A stretch of 64,000 bases of DNA. Source: Chiloscyllium plagiosum. Its lineage: Eukaryota. This document shows positions 24,817-38,115 of this stretch, in pieces. Below the pieces are notes generated by a model. It was not told where the DNA came from, ran no database searches, and saw only the letters and a program-made list of their open reading frames with translations. Each line of letters begins with the position of its first letter. Positions within the stretch are counted from its first letter, which is position 1. The stretch covers positions 18,576,542-18,640,541 of the forward strand of contig NC_057750.1 in assembly GCF_004010195.1 (NCBI RefSeq). Reading direction: 5' to 3'. The translations under genes were made by a program, and so were the position numbers.

Positions 24817-25920
24817 TCCAGCGATCAAAGTCCCACCCCCATTCGCACTCAGCTGATGCCTGTCAGGGTGCCCTCAGTTTTGGATCACACCGCTTTCCCC
24901 AGGGATCAATGTTCTGATGTCGGGGAGATCTTGATGAAGTTGTTGGTGAAACTATGAGACGGGGCGGATCTCTCAATTGCCGTGCGTCATGATGCGGCTA
25001 ATCAGACGGGTTGGCTGGATGCCTTCCTCATCACTTGCTTTTCCGCCAATCTTTATTTCGTCCCTACATTTGGCCACAATCAATAATCAGTCAATAACAG
25101 AGCCCCTGCACTTTCGCCCCCGCCTCCATAATCTACAGTTTGCCGCAAATGGCCGTTTTCTCCTGTTAGCCAAATCTCTGACCGTTTTACTATATCACAT
25201 CAAACACATTGAGCTTTAATATGCAGGAACCCTGTGAATGGCACTGCATTGCACGTATTAGAATTACATTACACTCAATGTCTTACCCTTCGGAATTGTC
25301 CACGGCAAAGGCCTGCAAATGTTCAGTCATTGAATATATTTATTTCAGATATCTGATCTCTATACCTACCGTACATAGTCACTGATTTGGCAGACGTTGA
25401 TAGATTTTGGCTGGATTGCACTTCCAGCAAAGAGACTTCCCTTTCCTTTCTTTAGACCAACGTTAGCCACAGATCATGCCCAATATCTATCATTATTGAC
25501 TAAACACGTCATGGCATTTAGTCTGGAACGGAGATGACTGAAACCAATTTGAGATATTTTTCATTGTACGAAAGGATTTGGATCGGGTGAAGATTTATGC
25601 AGTTCTCGCCTGTAATTGTTTACTTCAGCGTTGCAAATGGACTAAAGTATGAAGACCATCGGAAGGTTGATCTGTTTCAAAATACACCCCCAAAAATTCC
25701 TTCCAAATCTTGAATATTTTTACACGCTACTCTTTGCACATTTTCGGCACTATATGGCGCTATAGCTTCACTGATCATTGGCACTTCCTAACGACTAATT
25801 TTTGCTTCAAAATCTGATTTCGATTTACGCCAGAATCTGGTCTAGTTTTGAAGTCAATAACACCTTGCGGCCATGACGAATTGCATTTTTTTCTCCAGCT
25901 GGTTGCCTTTTTTCCTGCAG

Positions 25921-26490
25921 GGCATAAGACTCAAAGACCACGACCAGCTATCCTTAGTAGCCACACACGCAGACGACAAGCAACATGAATTCGACTGGGA
26001 CAACACGACCATTATAGGGCAAACCAAACAAAGAACAGCCAGGGAATTCCGAGAAGCATGGCACTCATCCACAAACTCCATCAACAAACACATCGACCTG
26101 GACCCAATATACCGGCCACTGCAGCGGACAGCTGAAACTGACAACCTGAAGCGGCAGGGACAGGCCACTATAAATGCCGGAGGAAACACCACAGAAGCGC
26201 TTCACAGGAGGCTCCCAAGCACTGAGGATGTCACCTAGACAGGGGACGAAACGTTTGCAACAAAAATATCCATTATAATGCTGAAACCAAGTGTTCAGCC
26301 CGAGCAGGAGGACTATGTCGAATTCCGGCACCAGAATAGATGCCACGGCCTCAGGGCGGTGCAGAGGAGAACGGTGTAAGATGGGCTTGGCCAAGATTCA
26401 GTCTCAGTTTTATTGCAAATTCCTATCGATGGGTTGGAGGGGGTCTTGATGCACAATGATAGTGACCTTACTCTGATGCAGCAAGACCAC
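25921..26490 (+). pseudogene. Possible highly decayed V relic broken by Penelope-like and CR1 insertions
   Basis: Acceptor tttcctgcag ends at 25920. After the insertion it reads AETKCSARAGG, and later gatagtgaccttactctgatgcagcaagac resembles DSxxYxCAAR. The RSS position is occupied by a CR1 tail. Confidence 0.35.
25936..26268 (+). mobile_element. Penelope-like element 3' fragment
   Basis: Translates as HADDKQHEFDWDNTTIIGQTKQRTAREFREAWHSSTNSINKHIDLDPIY. Confidence 0.7.
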
Positions 26491-26493
26491 CAG

Positions 26494-29400
26494 AACATAA
26501 GACCCTAAGATATAGGAGCAGAAATTAGGCCATTCAGCCCATCGAGTCTGCTCCACCATTCAACCATGGCTGATAAGTTTCTCAACCCTATTCTCTCGCT
26601 TCCTCTCCGTTGCACTTGATCCTCTTGATACTCAAGGCTCTATCCAATTCAGTCTTAAATATAATCAGTGACCTGGCTTCCATAGCCTTCTGTGGCAATG
26701 AATTCCACAGATTCAGCGCTCTATGGCTGAAGAAGCTTTTACTTATCTCAGTTGTAAAATGTCTTCCCTTTACTCTAAGTCTGTGCCATCGGGTCCTCGT
26801 CTCTTCTACCAATGGGAACATCTTTCCAACATTGACGCTGTCCAGGTCATTCAGCATTCTGCATGTTTTAATGAGATCCCCCCACTCCATCCTTCTAAAC
26901 TCTATCGAGTATAGACCCAGTGTCCTCAAAGGTTTCTCATATGTCAAGCTTTTCATTCCTGGACCATTTCCATGAATCTCCTATGAACATGCTCCAGGGC
27001 CGGTACATCCTTCCTGAGATATGAGGCCCAAAACCTCGCAGAATGTTGCAAATGTGGTCTGATCAGAACTTTTTAGAGCCTCACAAGTACATCCTTGTTT
27101 TTCTACTCAAGTCCTCTCAAGATAAATGCCATTATTCCATTTGTCTTTCTCCTCACTCAACCCACAAGTTTACCTTGAGAGAATCCTGGAAGAGAACTCC
27201 CAAGTCTCTTTGCACTTCAGATTTCTGAATTTTTTTTCCATTCAGAAAATATGCCATCCCTCTATTCTTCCTAACAACGGGCATGACCTCACACTTTCCC
27301 ATGTTGTACTCCATCTACCACTTCTTTGCCCACTCTCCAACGTGTTCAAATCCTTCTGCAGCCTCCCCTCCTCCTCAATGCCACCTGTTCCTCGACCTAT
27401 CTTTGTGTTGTATGCAAAGTTATCGAGAATGCTCTTAGTTCCTTCATATAGATCGTCAATACATAAAGTGAGAAGTTGTAGTCCCAACACTGAGCCTTGT
27501 GGAACACTACCTATCACTGGCTGCCATCCTGTGAAGGACCATTTTATCCCCATTCTCTACTTTCCGCCAGACAACTATGCGAGCACCTTGCCTGTGACAC
27601 CATGGGCCATTATCTTACCCAGTAGTCTCCTGTGTGACACCTTGTCAAAGGCCTTCTTGAAGTCCAGGTAGATAACATGTATTGGCTCTCCATAGTCTAA
27701 CCTGTTTGTTACGTCTGCAAAGAATTTTAGAAGATTTGTCAGGCATGATCTCCTCTTTATGAGGAGACTTTGCCTTGTTTTGCTACACACTTCCAGGTAC
27801 TCAGAAATATCATTCTTCCCAATGGATTCCAGGGTCTTCCCCATGAGTGAGGTTAGGCTAGTCATAGAGCATAGAGATGTACAGCATGGAAACAGACCTT
27901 TCAATCCAACTCATTCATACCGACCAGCCATCCCAACCTAATCTAGTGTCACTTGCCAGTACCCAGACCAAATCCCTCCAAACCCTTCCTATTCATCAAC
28001 CTATCCAGATGCCTTTGAAATGTTGCAATTGTACTAGCCTCCATCACTTCTTCTGGCAGCTCATTCCATACATGTACCACGCTCTGCATGAAAAAGTTGC
28101 CCCTTAAGTCTCTTTTATATCTTTCCCCTCTTACGCTAAACCTATGCCCTCTAGTTCTGGACTACACCACCCCAGGGTGAGTACAGAACTTTGTCTATCC
28201 TATCCACACCCCTCATGATTTTATAAACCTCTATAAGGTCACCCCTCAGCCTCCGACGCTCCTGGGAAAGCAGCCCCAGCGTATTCAACCTCTCCCTATA
28301 GATCAAATCCTCCAGCCCTGGCGACATTTTTGTAAATCTTTTCTGAACCCTTTCAAGTTTTGCAATATCCTTCTGATAGGAAGGAGACCAGAATTGCACG
28401 CAATATTCCACAAGGGCCTAACCAATGTCCTGTACAGCCGCAACATGACCTCCCAACTCATGTACTCAATACTCTGACCACTAAAGGAAACCATACAAGC
28501 TCCTTCTTCACTATCCTATCTACCTACGACTCTACTTTCAAGAAGCTATGAACCTGCACTCCAAGGTCGTTTTGTTCAGCAACACTTCCCAGGACCTTAC
28601 CATTAAGTGCATAAGTCTGCCAAGATTTACTTTCCCAAAATGCAGCACCTTGCGTTTACCTAAATTAAGCTCCATCTGTCATTCCTCAGCCCATTGGCCC
28701 ATCTGATCAAGATCTCTTTGTAATCTGAAGTAACCTTCTTAGCTATCTACAACACCTCCAATTGTGATGTCATCTGCAAACCTAGGCTAACTTTTCCTCT
28801 TTTGCCACACTCCCTTTTTAATACTGAGGTGTCATATTAGCGGTTTTCCAGTCCTCTGGAACTCTTGTGATTCTAGTGATTAGCTGAAATAACAACACTA
28901 ACACCTCCACTATCTCTTCAGCTTTCCACGTTTGACCTCTAGAGTGTCGTCCATCTGGTTCAGGTGATTTGTCCAAATTCAGACCATTCAACGTTTTTGG
29001 CACCTTACCTGGCGATGGCGATCATACTCAGCTCTTCTCCCTCATTCTCTTGAATTTTAGGGATATCATTTGTGTCTTCCATTGTGAAGACTGCCACAAA
29101 GTAATTAATCGGTACCTTAGCCATTTCGTTGTTCCCCATTACTATCTCTTCAGCGTCATTTTCCAGTGGCCTAATGCCCACCGTTGTCTCTCTTTTGCCC
29201 TTTAAGCATTTGTAGAAACTTACAGTCTTCCTTCATATTACTGGCTAGATTACCCTCATATTTAATCTTCTCCCTCCTTATTTCCTTTTTTTACTTGCCC
29301 TCTGTTGGTCTTGGTAATCTTCCCAGTCCTCTGGTTACCCACTGCCCTTTGCCATACTTTGTGCTTTCTCTTGTGCTTTTATGATATCCTGACTTCCCTA

Positions 29401-30560
29401 GTCAGCCATGGTTGCCTCATCTTCCATTTACCATGCTTATTTTTTCCTCAGGATGAATCTCTGCTGTGTGTCCTGAACTATTCCTAGAAACACCTGCCAT
29501 TGCTTTTCCGCTGCCTTTTCTGCTAGGATCCTCCTCCCGTTAATTCGACCCAGCTCCTCCCTCATGGCTCTGCAGTTGTCTTTATTCAGCTGGAATACTG
29601 TTACCTCAGCGGTTAGCATTGCTGCCTCACAGCGCAAGGGACCCATGTACAATTTCGGCCTCGGGCAACTGTCTGGGTTTGCACATTCTTCCCATGTCTG
29701 CGTGGGTTTCCTCCGTGATTACTGCAATTTTGCCTTTCCTGCATATCATTTCTATTCCTGGTGTATCTCGCACCCCAGCTCCTGACTGCTATTTGGAGGC
29801 CTTTACATAACTTCAACTATTTTTTTTTCACCTTTGCGGTTCCTCAACTCTACCCAGACAGATTCTACACCTTCCAACTCTACTTCGATTCCTACTGTTG
29901 ACTTAATTTCAATTCTTACTATTAAGATACCCCAAATCCTCTGCCCACCTGCCTGTCTTTTGGATAGGATGCATATCCTTGAATATTCCCAATCCTGATC
30001 CCATTGCAGGCACGTCTCCGTAATGTTCACCACGTCATACCTGCCAATTTCGATCAGCTCCACAAGTTCGTTTAATTTATTCTTTATACCGTGTGCATTC
30101 AGATATAACACCTTCAGACCTGTATTAACCGTCCATTTTCTCATTGTCATTCATTTGTCCGGCGTGCTTAAAGTTTGATTGCTAATCTTTTCCATACACT
30201 CTGTCCTACTTGTGTCTGTGCTGGGGATTTTGATAACCTCCCCTGAATTCTGCACTCGTATCTTCTCCTTTAATTTAATTTTCCCCTATAACTGAATCCT
30301 TCTCCCCCTCCCAATTTAGGTTAAAGCATTGTTTATAACCCTAGTTATGCAATTCACTAAGACTCTGGTCCCAGCTTAGTTCAGATGAAGACTGTCCCAG
30401 CAGAACATGTCCCTCTTCCCCCAGCACTGGTGGCAATGTCCCATGAATTCAAACCCTTTCTTCCACATCAATATTTAAGCCCTGTTTAATCTTATTAATC
30501 CTGTGTCAGTTAGTTCGTGGCTCAGGTAGTAATCTAGAGATTAATATCTTTTCAGTTCTG
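26494..30560 (-). mobile_element. Decayed CR1 LINE (endonuclease plus RT) with a nested younger CR1 (27861-28782, TSD TAGGCTA) and a SINE fragment
   Basis: LKVLYLNAHGI..DVVNITET (EN), YLDFKKAFDKVSH, SVPQGSVLG and EYCVQFWSP motifs with frameshifts. Confidence 0.9.
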
Positions 30561-30868
30561 CTGTTTAACTGGTAAGGCCAGGTTCATGTCCGACTTATTT
30601 CAGAGGTATGCCATAATATTACTGAACAGGATGGTTAGAAATTATCTGAAAGAGTATCAACACTGAAACGTACAAATTCTAACTTTAGCTGCCAAGTTAA
30701 ATCTGAGAAAAGTGGGTCGGCCTTGAAGTGAAGCAGCTGTCAATCAAACAGAAGTGCCAGTGCCATTCTATAAACAGTCTCCCTCCTCCGCCCCCCCCCC
30801 CCCCCCCCGAGTGAATTAGATATTTAAAATCAAGTTCGATTCGGCTATTGTTGTTTCAACTAGTGAAA

Positions 30869-31296
30869 ATGCATTTAATGCGATGTCTGGCGTGTGTCCT
30901 CCTACTGCTCTGTGAGTGGCCCGCTGGGATAATGTCTTGATTAGTTCCAAATTTGAGCATCTCCTGAGTTTCAAACTCATTCTGTTCCTCTTCTCTGCAG
31001 GTGTAGCCGGCAGCAGAGTTCAGCAAAGTCCTTTTGCAATCTCTAAATCCGCTCACGCTTCCCTCGAAATCCGTTGTTCTGCAAAGGGATCCTTCAGCTC
31101 AGAATTCTACTGGTACCGCCAGCTACCAAATGGGGAGCTCTTGCTGCTCTTCTACTCACCGAACGCTGAGAAAATCGATCCGACCGGGAAAGTAGAAGGA
31201 TTCACGGCCTCGAGACCCGACGACTCTACTTTCTACTTGCAAACGACCAACCTGCAAGGGAACCACACAGGATTTTATTACTGTGCCTGGAGACTC
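30869..31296 (+). CDS. TRBV: TCR beta V segment V8 (CAW-family, divergent), apparently functional
   Basis: Leader 30869-30911 MHLMRCLACVLLLL T|gtgagt, 89-bp intron, V exon 31001-31296: SRVQQSP..IRC..FYWYRQ..LLFYS..ASRPDD..HTGFYYCAWRL. Confidence 0.95.
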
Positions 31297-31335
31297 CACA
31301 GTGACACCAGGAACAAGATCAGCACAACAAAAACC
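31297..31335 (+). other. 23-RSS of V8
   Basis: CACAGTG + 23 nt + ACAAAAACC. Confidence 0.97.
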
Positions 31336-31623
31336 CAACGCAGCGACGAACTGTATTAGACGCCGCATTGCTGGCCTGGCCCTCGGTTGGGGGGTGAGCT
31401 GTGAACGGATTGTGGGAAGTGGGGTGTTCTTTACTCCCGCCCCGGAGATGACAACACCAACGTTTAGATCCAATCACCTGTTAAGAGAAGACCCCACCTC
31501 TCCGAGCAGAATATTGGAGACAACACATCGCACTCAGAGCCCAGAGGTTTGAGATAATCTGCAGTCAGAGTCAGGGCACAGTAATTTCACACAACAAATA
31601 CACGACTGTGTCAGCCTCTGGAG

Positions 31624-32377
31624 ATGTCTCTGTCTCTGTCTCACTTCTGCATTGTGCTGCTGTTCTTAACGTGTAAGTTTGTGGTGGACTGCACGCCTTA
31701 CTGTTCAGTTCAGTGTGTTGCCCGTTTCCTAGATTCATCAGCACTTCTTTTCAGTGTCTTTTCCTCATTTTTTTTCCTGTTTTCATGTCACTGCCGTTCT
31801 CCTTTTGCGCCCCATCGCTGTATCTCGCTATCTGCTTATTTCTTTGTTTTTCTCCTCTGTATGTTGTTCTGTCTGGCCTTGTATATTTCGTTCTGACTAT
31901 GCTTATCTTTGCCTCTATCAATCTCGATTCCCGACTCTCATTTTATCTCTTCTTTCTTTCTCTCTGGTTGACTCTAAGTCTCCCTCCCTGCCCTTTTCCC
32001 CTTCATGCTAAGAATCGAAATGCAAATTGACCTTGACTTTATCTCTCTCTCTTCCCCCAATATCCCATCGCTGTTTGACAGATGCAGCGGCCGTTCCGAT
32101 ACAACAGACAACTGCCATTTCACAAACCCCAGGCACTCCAGTTAGCCTGGAGTGTCTTTACACAGAAGCTGATGCTAGCTCCTACTTTTACTGGTATCGA
32201 TGGCATCCTGACCACGAACCCCAATGCCTTTTCTACTCAAACTACCGCGAAATGGTAACTCCCTCCGGTGAGGTTGACGGTTTCAAAGCCAGAAGACCCG
32301 ATATCACCCATTTTTACTTGGAGTCCTCCGGTCTCTGGACGAATCACTCGGCCATGTATTACTGTGCCTGGAGTGTT
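31624..32377 (+). CDS. TRBV: TCR beta V segment V9 (CAWS family), apparently functional, closest to C-beta
   Basis: Leader 31624-31672 MSLSLSHFCIVLLFLT T|gtaagt. V exon 32082-32377: VPIQQT..LEC..FYWYRW..QCLFYS..ARRPD..HSAMYYCAWSV. Confidence 0.93.
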
Positions 32378-32416
32378 CACAGTGACTGAGAGAGAAGGAG
32401 CAGCTCAACAAAAACT
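32378..32416 (+). other. 23-RSS of V9
   Basis: CACAGTG + 23 nt + ACAAAAACT. Confidence 0.97.
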
Positions 32417-34269
32417 AAAACAAGAGTCTACAGGAAATAACTGGGATATCTGTCTGTCTTCCTGTCTGCCACCTTGTATCTATCTGATTGCCCATTTATG
32501 GGCAATTTTCGTTTCACCGAGATGTGATAAGTGCCATCGGGATCATTGCGGGGGCTTCACAGATTTAAACCAATATGAAAGATGAAATAACCCAATGCAG
32601 GTTTGTTAACTCTCCAGATGACACAAAACCAGGCAAGAAATCAAATTATAAAGAAGACAAAGGGAATCTTCGAAAGGCTATATGCATATAAAAATGTTAA
32701 GTAGAATACAATATGGGACCACATAGAAACCAACTTCTGTCATTTAGGAAACTTGGGCTCTCGTCATGACGTAGGCGAACACGTGGGCAGGAAATATCAT
32801 TCAGTTGTAGAAACATGATTCCGGGTTTCCCTGTCAATGTGTTACCGTACATCCCTGAAGCTGAGTGTTATGTCGCTGGTACGTTTAGAGCGGTGGTCAT
32901 ACGGTGTATCAACGGTACGGGGCAAATAGGCAATGTGTGGCCACCATAAGACCATATGACAACAAGATGTAATAGAAGAGTTAGATCGTTCGGCCCGTCG
33001 CGTTTTCTCCATAATTTACTCGTGGCTAATACGATTCTCAAACCTATTCTCTTGCCTTCCCTTACTAATCTTCTGTCTCTGACATAAATACACTCACTGA
33101 CTTGGCGTCCGCAGCCCTCTGCCGAATGAGTTCCACGGATTAACTTCCCTCTGGCTAAAGACACTTCTCCTCATCTCAGTCTTCCCTCTGAGACTGTGTT
33201 CTCGGCTCCAATTTATCCTGCACGCCCACTCTATCCAAGAATCTCAGTATCCTGTAAGTTTCAACTATCCTTTTCAACTCCATTCATTACATCTCCAGAG
33301 TTCCGCTCTTCATAGGACAAGCCATTCATCCCTGGGATCATTGTTATAAACCTCCTCTGGACCCTCTTCAACGACAGCACAGTCTTCCTTATATTAGAGG
33401 CAAAAAACTAGTCACTAAATTCTAAATGCGCTCTGAACAGAACTGTACAACCTCGGCAGGATATCTCTACTCTTGTATTCTAGCCTTCTTGAAATTAATA
33501 CCATTTGCCTTCCAAACCATCGACTGAACCTGCATGTTAACCTTAAAAAAATCTTGAACCAGGACTCCGAAATCCCTTTGTGCTTCAGATTTCTAAAGCT
33601 TCCCCGCCTCAGTTCCTCTTACCAAAACACTGTTTTAGTGACCCACAACCTAAAGTTGACAAAATGGCCGTTTAGGGTTTTTTCTTAAGCTAACACAAGG
33701 GTTGGACAGTCACACACAGCAGATGTTCACAGCTGGTATTGTGGATAAGATGAAATTCTCTGTCGGAAGAAACATTAAGGAAGTTAATCAGGTTTCTGTA
33801 AACACGCACTTCCAAGATGCTTTTTAATAGGAGGCATTTTTGAAAGGCTTAATTTAACCACAGCCCCAAATACCAAATCCGTGTGAAAAGGTTAGTTGCA
33901 TTCCTTGAGCAGATATTTGTTGTTAATAAAGTGGCTCAATGAATTATTAGAGAAGATAAAGTAATACATGTTGCAAACATTATTTCCAAAACAAAAACAT
34001 TTGACACAGGAGGGGAGCAAAGGAAGGTTGTCAAAAGAAAGGTCACGACTGGGGAGAGATAAATGATTAAAACTTTAAGGTAAATGTGGATAATTTGAGC
34101 AAGTTTTTACATCAAAAGTTCAAGGGAAGAGTGATAAAGACAGATTACAAAATAAAGAGTGAAGCTGTGCTTATGCCCTCTTGTTATTTGTGGAATCTGA
34201 ACAAGTTTCATTTAATAGCTTGGTAAAGTTGTAAAGTAATTGAATTTTACCCTGATCATGCTGTTAAGA

Positions 34270-34790
34270 ATCTTCAAAAACTTTTAAAAATGCATCATAG
34301 AAAGCATATTATCGGGATGCATTATGGCCTGGTACGTCAATTGCTCTACCTAGGATAGTGTGAAACTACAGAAGGTTGTATGCACAACGCAGACAATCAG
34401 GGAAGCCAGTCTTCCATCCATTTTGCACCGCTTGTTGCCGCGGAATGGCTGCCAAGATCATTAAAGACCTATTCTACCCCAATATTGCTCTCTTACAACC
34501 TCTTCTGTCAGGCAGAAGATACAGAAGCTTAAATATACGCACTAACAGGTTCAAGAATAAATTCTTCCCTGATGAATGGCCTCTCTAACTTCAAATAATG
34601 TTAACCTTGTTAATGTTAATCTTGCTTTGTGCATAGCCTGTGCGGTGTAACCTGTATGCTTCTCTCGGCCAAGTTTTCTTCACCCTATATATATGATCTT
34701 TATGACCTTGCTTACTATGATTTGCCTCTACTGCTTGCAAACAAAGCTTTTACTGTATATAGGTAGACGCGACAATAAATAAAATTATAT
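34270..34790 (+). mobile_element. Rex1/Babar-like LINE 3' fragment
   Basis: IESILSGCIMAWY..KLQKVV pattern. Related fragments at about 53790-54340 and 58400-58800. Confidence 0.55.
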
Positions 34791-37214
34791 CATCAGTAGA
34801 ATTCGAATCAATGCTTTCTACTTAAAACAAAACAATTCGATTTGAAACTGTGAAAATTTATTTAATAAATGAAGCTTTGGTTAAAATTTCACTCGCAGCA
34901 TGCAAATAACAGGGGGTAGTAAACTGTAGCTGCAAGTTGGAAGGATGTTTATTTGATCTTTCAGGCTGAAGGGAGGTTGGCTGTCCTCAATTTTTCAGTT
35001 GTGCCACAGAACTGTCGTAACTTTATATTAGATTTTAAATACTTTGTAACAATTGGTAGAAATTAATATCCTTCCTAATTTCCCGTACTAAAGTTAGTAC
35101 AGAATGTGGAAGCCTTCTTCATGATAAGCAAGTTATTGGTAAATGATGTGTTGCAGCTGGTGAATGTCTGGGAAAGAATATGACCTTCAGAAGCATTGTA
35201 AGATTCCAAAGATAGATGATAGACATATCTGGTGAACATCATGATTTTATGGGAGGAGCTAGGGCTCTCTATAGAGTTGTCCATCGTGAATCATATGTTC
35301 ATTGGATTGGATATATAGCTTAGGGGGATGTGGTAAGCAATTACATCAATCAGCATAAATTCAATATAATGTGTAAGGTGTAAAACGTTGTATTCAGCTG
35401 GTGAACCCAGAATGTCACTGACCTCTGATCTGAGCTGTATGAGTATAACAACTGAGCCGCAATTGAAGGCCAGATTTGGAGTGGTCGCTGGCCTCTTCCA
35501 CATATGTGGTAATAGAGCTCTGAATAAAAATTGCTTGTACTGCTGAGCACAGAACGTAAGACTCCACTTGGATGTTTTTCTGGAGATCAGTGCGCAACCT
35601 CACAATTTCACACGCTGTATTCCGTCTGCCACCTCTTTGCCTACTAACCTAGTATATCGAAGTCCTTCATAACCTTCTTGCTTCTCCAACACCACTTTTC
35701 CCTCCACATATTTTTGTGTCATCTGAAAACTTAGCAAAAATGCCAACAGCTCCTTTGTCCTGGACATTAATGTATAACGTAAATAGTTATGGTCCCAATA
35801 GCTGACTCCTATTGATGACCACTGGCCTTTGGCTGCCATCCTGATATTGACCCTTTATTCCTACACTCTGCCTTTTCCGGGTCAGCCAGTCATCCATCTA
35901 TGCCAAATAGTTCGAGCGAAGCAGTAGATGGTGCAGGAGGCCACTCAAGAATCGTGTTCCATTCTGGATACTGATCAGGCCAATACTTCCTCAGGGGAAA
36001 TTAGGAAGTCCAAGGCCTAGGTAATATTGTATACTTGTGGCAAGCTTTACGTCCTCTTTGTAATCTTTCTTTGAACATTTTTCAATGCTGCAGTGCAGGC
36101 TCAGTGGGTTTCGTGGCCCTGTCGCAAAATACTTTGCTATGTGTCAATAAATTAAAGATCCCACATGAATGCAGTTGTTGCTGTTCCCTGCTCCGACATT
36201 CATCCACTGCACCACGAGAGGGGGTTGTAGCCTAACAAGTCATTCCGCGCACGATTTCAGTAATTGTCGCGAATAGGCTTCCTCTTCAAACGAAGATCTT
36301 CATCTATATTATGATTGTGATTTCCATTCACGAGCGACAATTAAGTGTACGCAAGTGGGATTTAGTTTATAATGTGCTCATATATGGGAGTTTAGATAGA
36401 GGAGGATACATAACAAGAATGGAAATATAACGAGGTAGGTGGCGAATGATCTGGGACATGGGGGGTGTGGACATTGGGTAGAGAAGGGTATAGATGTACG
36501 AGAATGTCCAAGGTTGTACAGCAGTAGATGGATAGAGACTAGGAGGTAGAGACCCCCTACAAGCAGAAAATGTTCATAACCTCACCTGTGAAGGGCCTTG
36601 CTCGTTTTCTCAAGAAATATCCACTTGTCATAAAGTCTTCCAGTGTCAGAACATGTATCGCTCCATCTATTATATAACCTTCCCCCCCCCCCCCCCTTTC
36701 GAAACCATAAACGTTTCAACAACAACTTGAACTGATTTTTTTTAACATTGCCTAACGTCGCAAGACACTTCATGGGAGCTTATCTAACAAAAGTAAGACA
36801 AAGGGCCAAAATAAAATAACATATGGCGGTTGAACAAAACGTCAAAAGGTGAATGACGTTAAGAGAGTCCTAGTTCATTAATCTTTGAAGATAAATGCTG
36901 AAGGTGAAGATTGATCACTGCTGCGTCACAGAGCCAGGGACCCAGGTTCGCACTCGGGAGACTGTCTGTGTGGAGTTTGCATGTTCCTTTACCTGTCCAC
37001 CGTCACTGTCCTGGTGCCAAAAGTCAAGTCATGAGGAGTACCCGGACAGTTTGCTCAAATGTTGAGTCAACTTCACTCTTTGTTCGCAAGATAGAAGCAT
37101 CCGCAGGTTTCTCTAAAAATCGGCAGGGAATCCAGCGAGTGTTGCATAAGGGTGAGGCATAATTGCTGCCACTGGCCTGCATGTGAGATCTCTGAATTTT
37201 TGTCCCTCTCAGTG

Positions 37215-38115
37215 ATGAACAGAGTAAGAAATAGATTGAGGAAGAGTAAGATGGAGAGAGAGAGGGATTACAAACGGAGGTCGACAATCAGAAAAGAGAG
37301 AAAGAGAAAAAAGAGAGAAAGAAGGATGACATTGGCATTTGGAGAAAATTTGAGTGCCTGATTGAATGAACGAAGCAATAAGCAGTGATCAAGGGTTCGT
37401 CTGAAAGAGAGAGAAAGAGTGATGAATATTGAGTTAGAAACAAATTGAAGGTAAGCAAAAATGTGTTAAGTATTCAGAATGAAAAACAGATAACAAGGTA
37501 GAATGAGGGAATAAACGAAAGGGCATTAACAGGAAGGAAGAAGATCGTACAATCACATCGCCTTTGGAGCAAAGATAAAGACCGAGTGAAGGAGAGATAG
37601 AAAGGCAAAGAACAAAAGTTGAAAAGAGGTGGAGAGTGACAGAGAGAGTATGAAAGGCAAAAGATTGGGAAATACGCATTAGAAAAAAAAGAGACAGTAG
37701 AAACAGGAAAAAACCCAGAAACGATGGTAAATAGAGGGGAAAAATATGAACTGAAAGAAAAAAACAACAGGAGTGGATAGGTAGTTAGAAAGAAGGTGAG
37801 AGAGTAAACCAGAAGAAGAGACTAGGTCCGCGCTTGAAAAATAAAAGAAGAAATAGAGAAAAAGAAAGATGACGAGAGAGCGATACTGTCAGATTTGGGA
37901 AGGCTGAGAGAAAGAAAGTGGAAGGAGCACTCAGAAATAAAATTAGAAGTGGAACCCGAGCAGAAGGATAGTGTGGCAGAAGCAAAGATGCTGAAAAATA
38001 GAGAGAGGGTGGGCTAAAGCAGACAGAAAGAGAGCAAGGAGGATAAACAAAAGGAAATACGGATGAAAACACGCACACACACACACACAGAAAGAGAAAG
38101 AGAGAGAGATAGAAC
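37215..38115. repeat. Purine-rich low-complexity tract with a (CA)n microsatellite
   Basis: About 900 bp, strongly G/A-biased on the plus strand. Similar tracts at 49990-50450 and 53270-53460. Confidence 0.7.
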
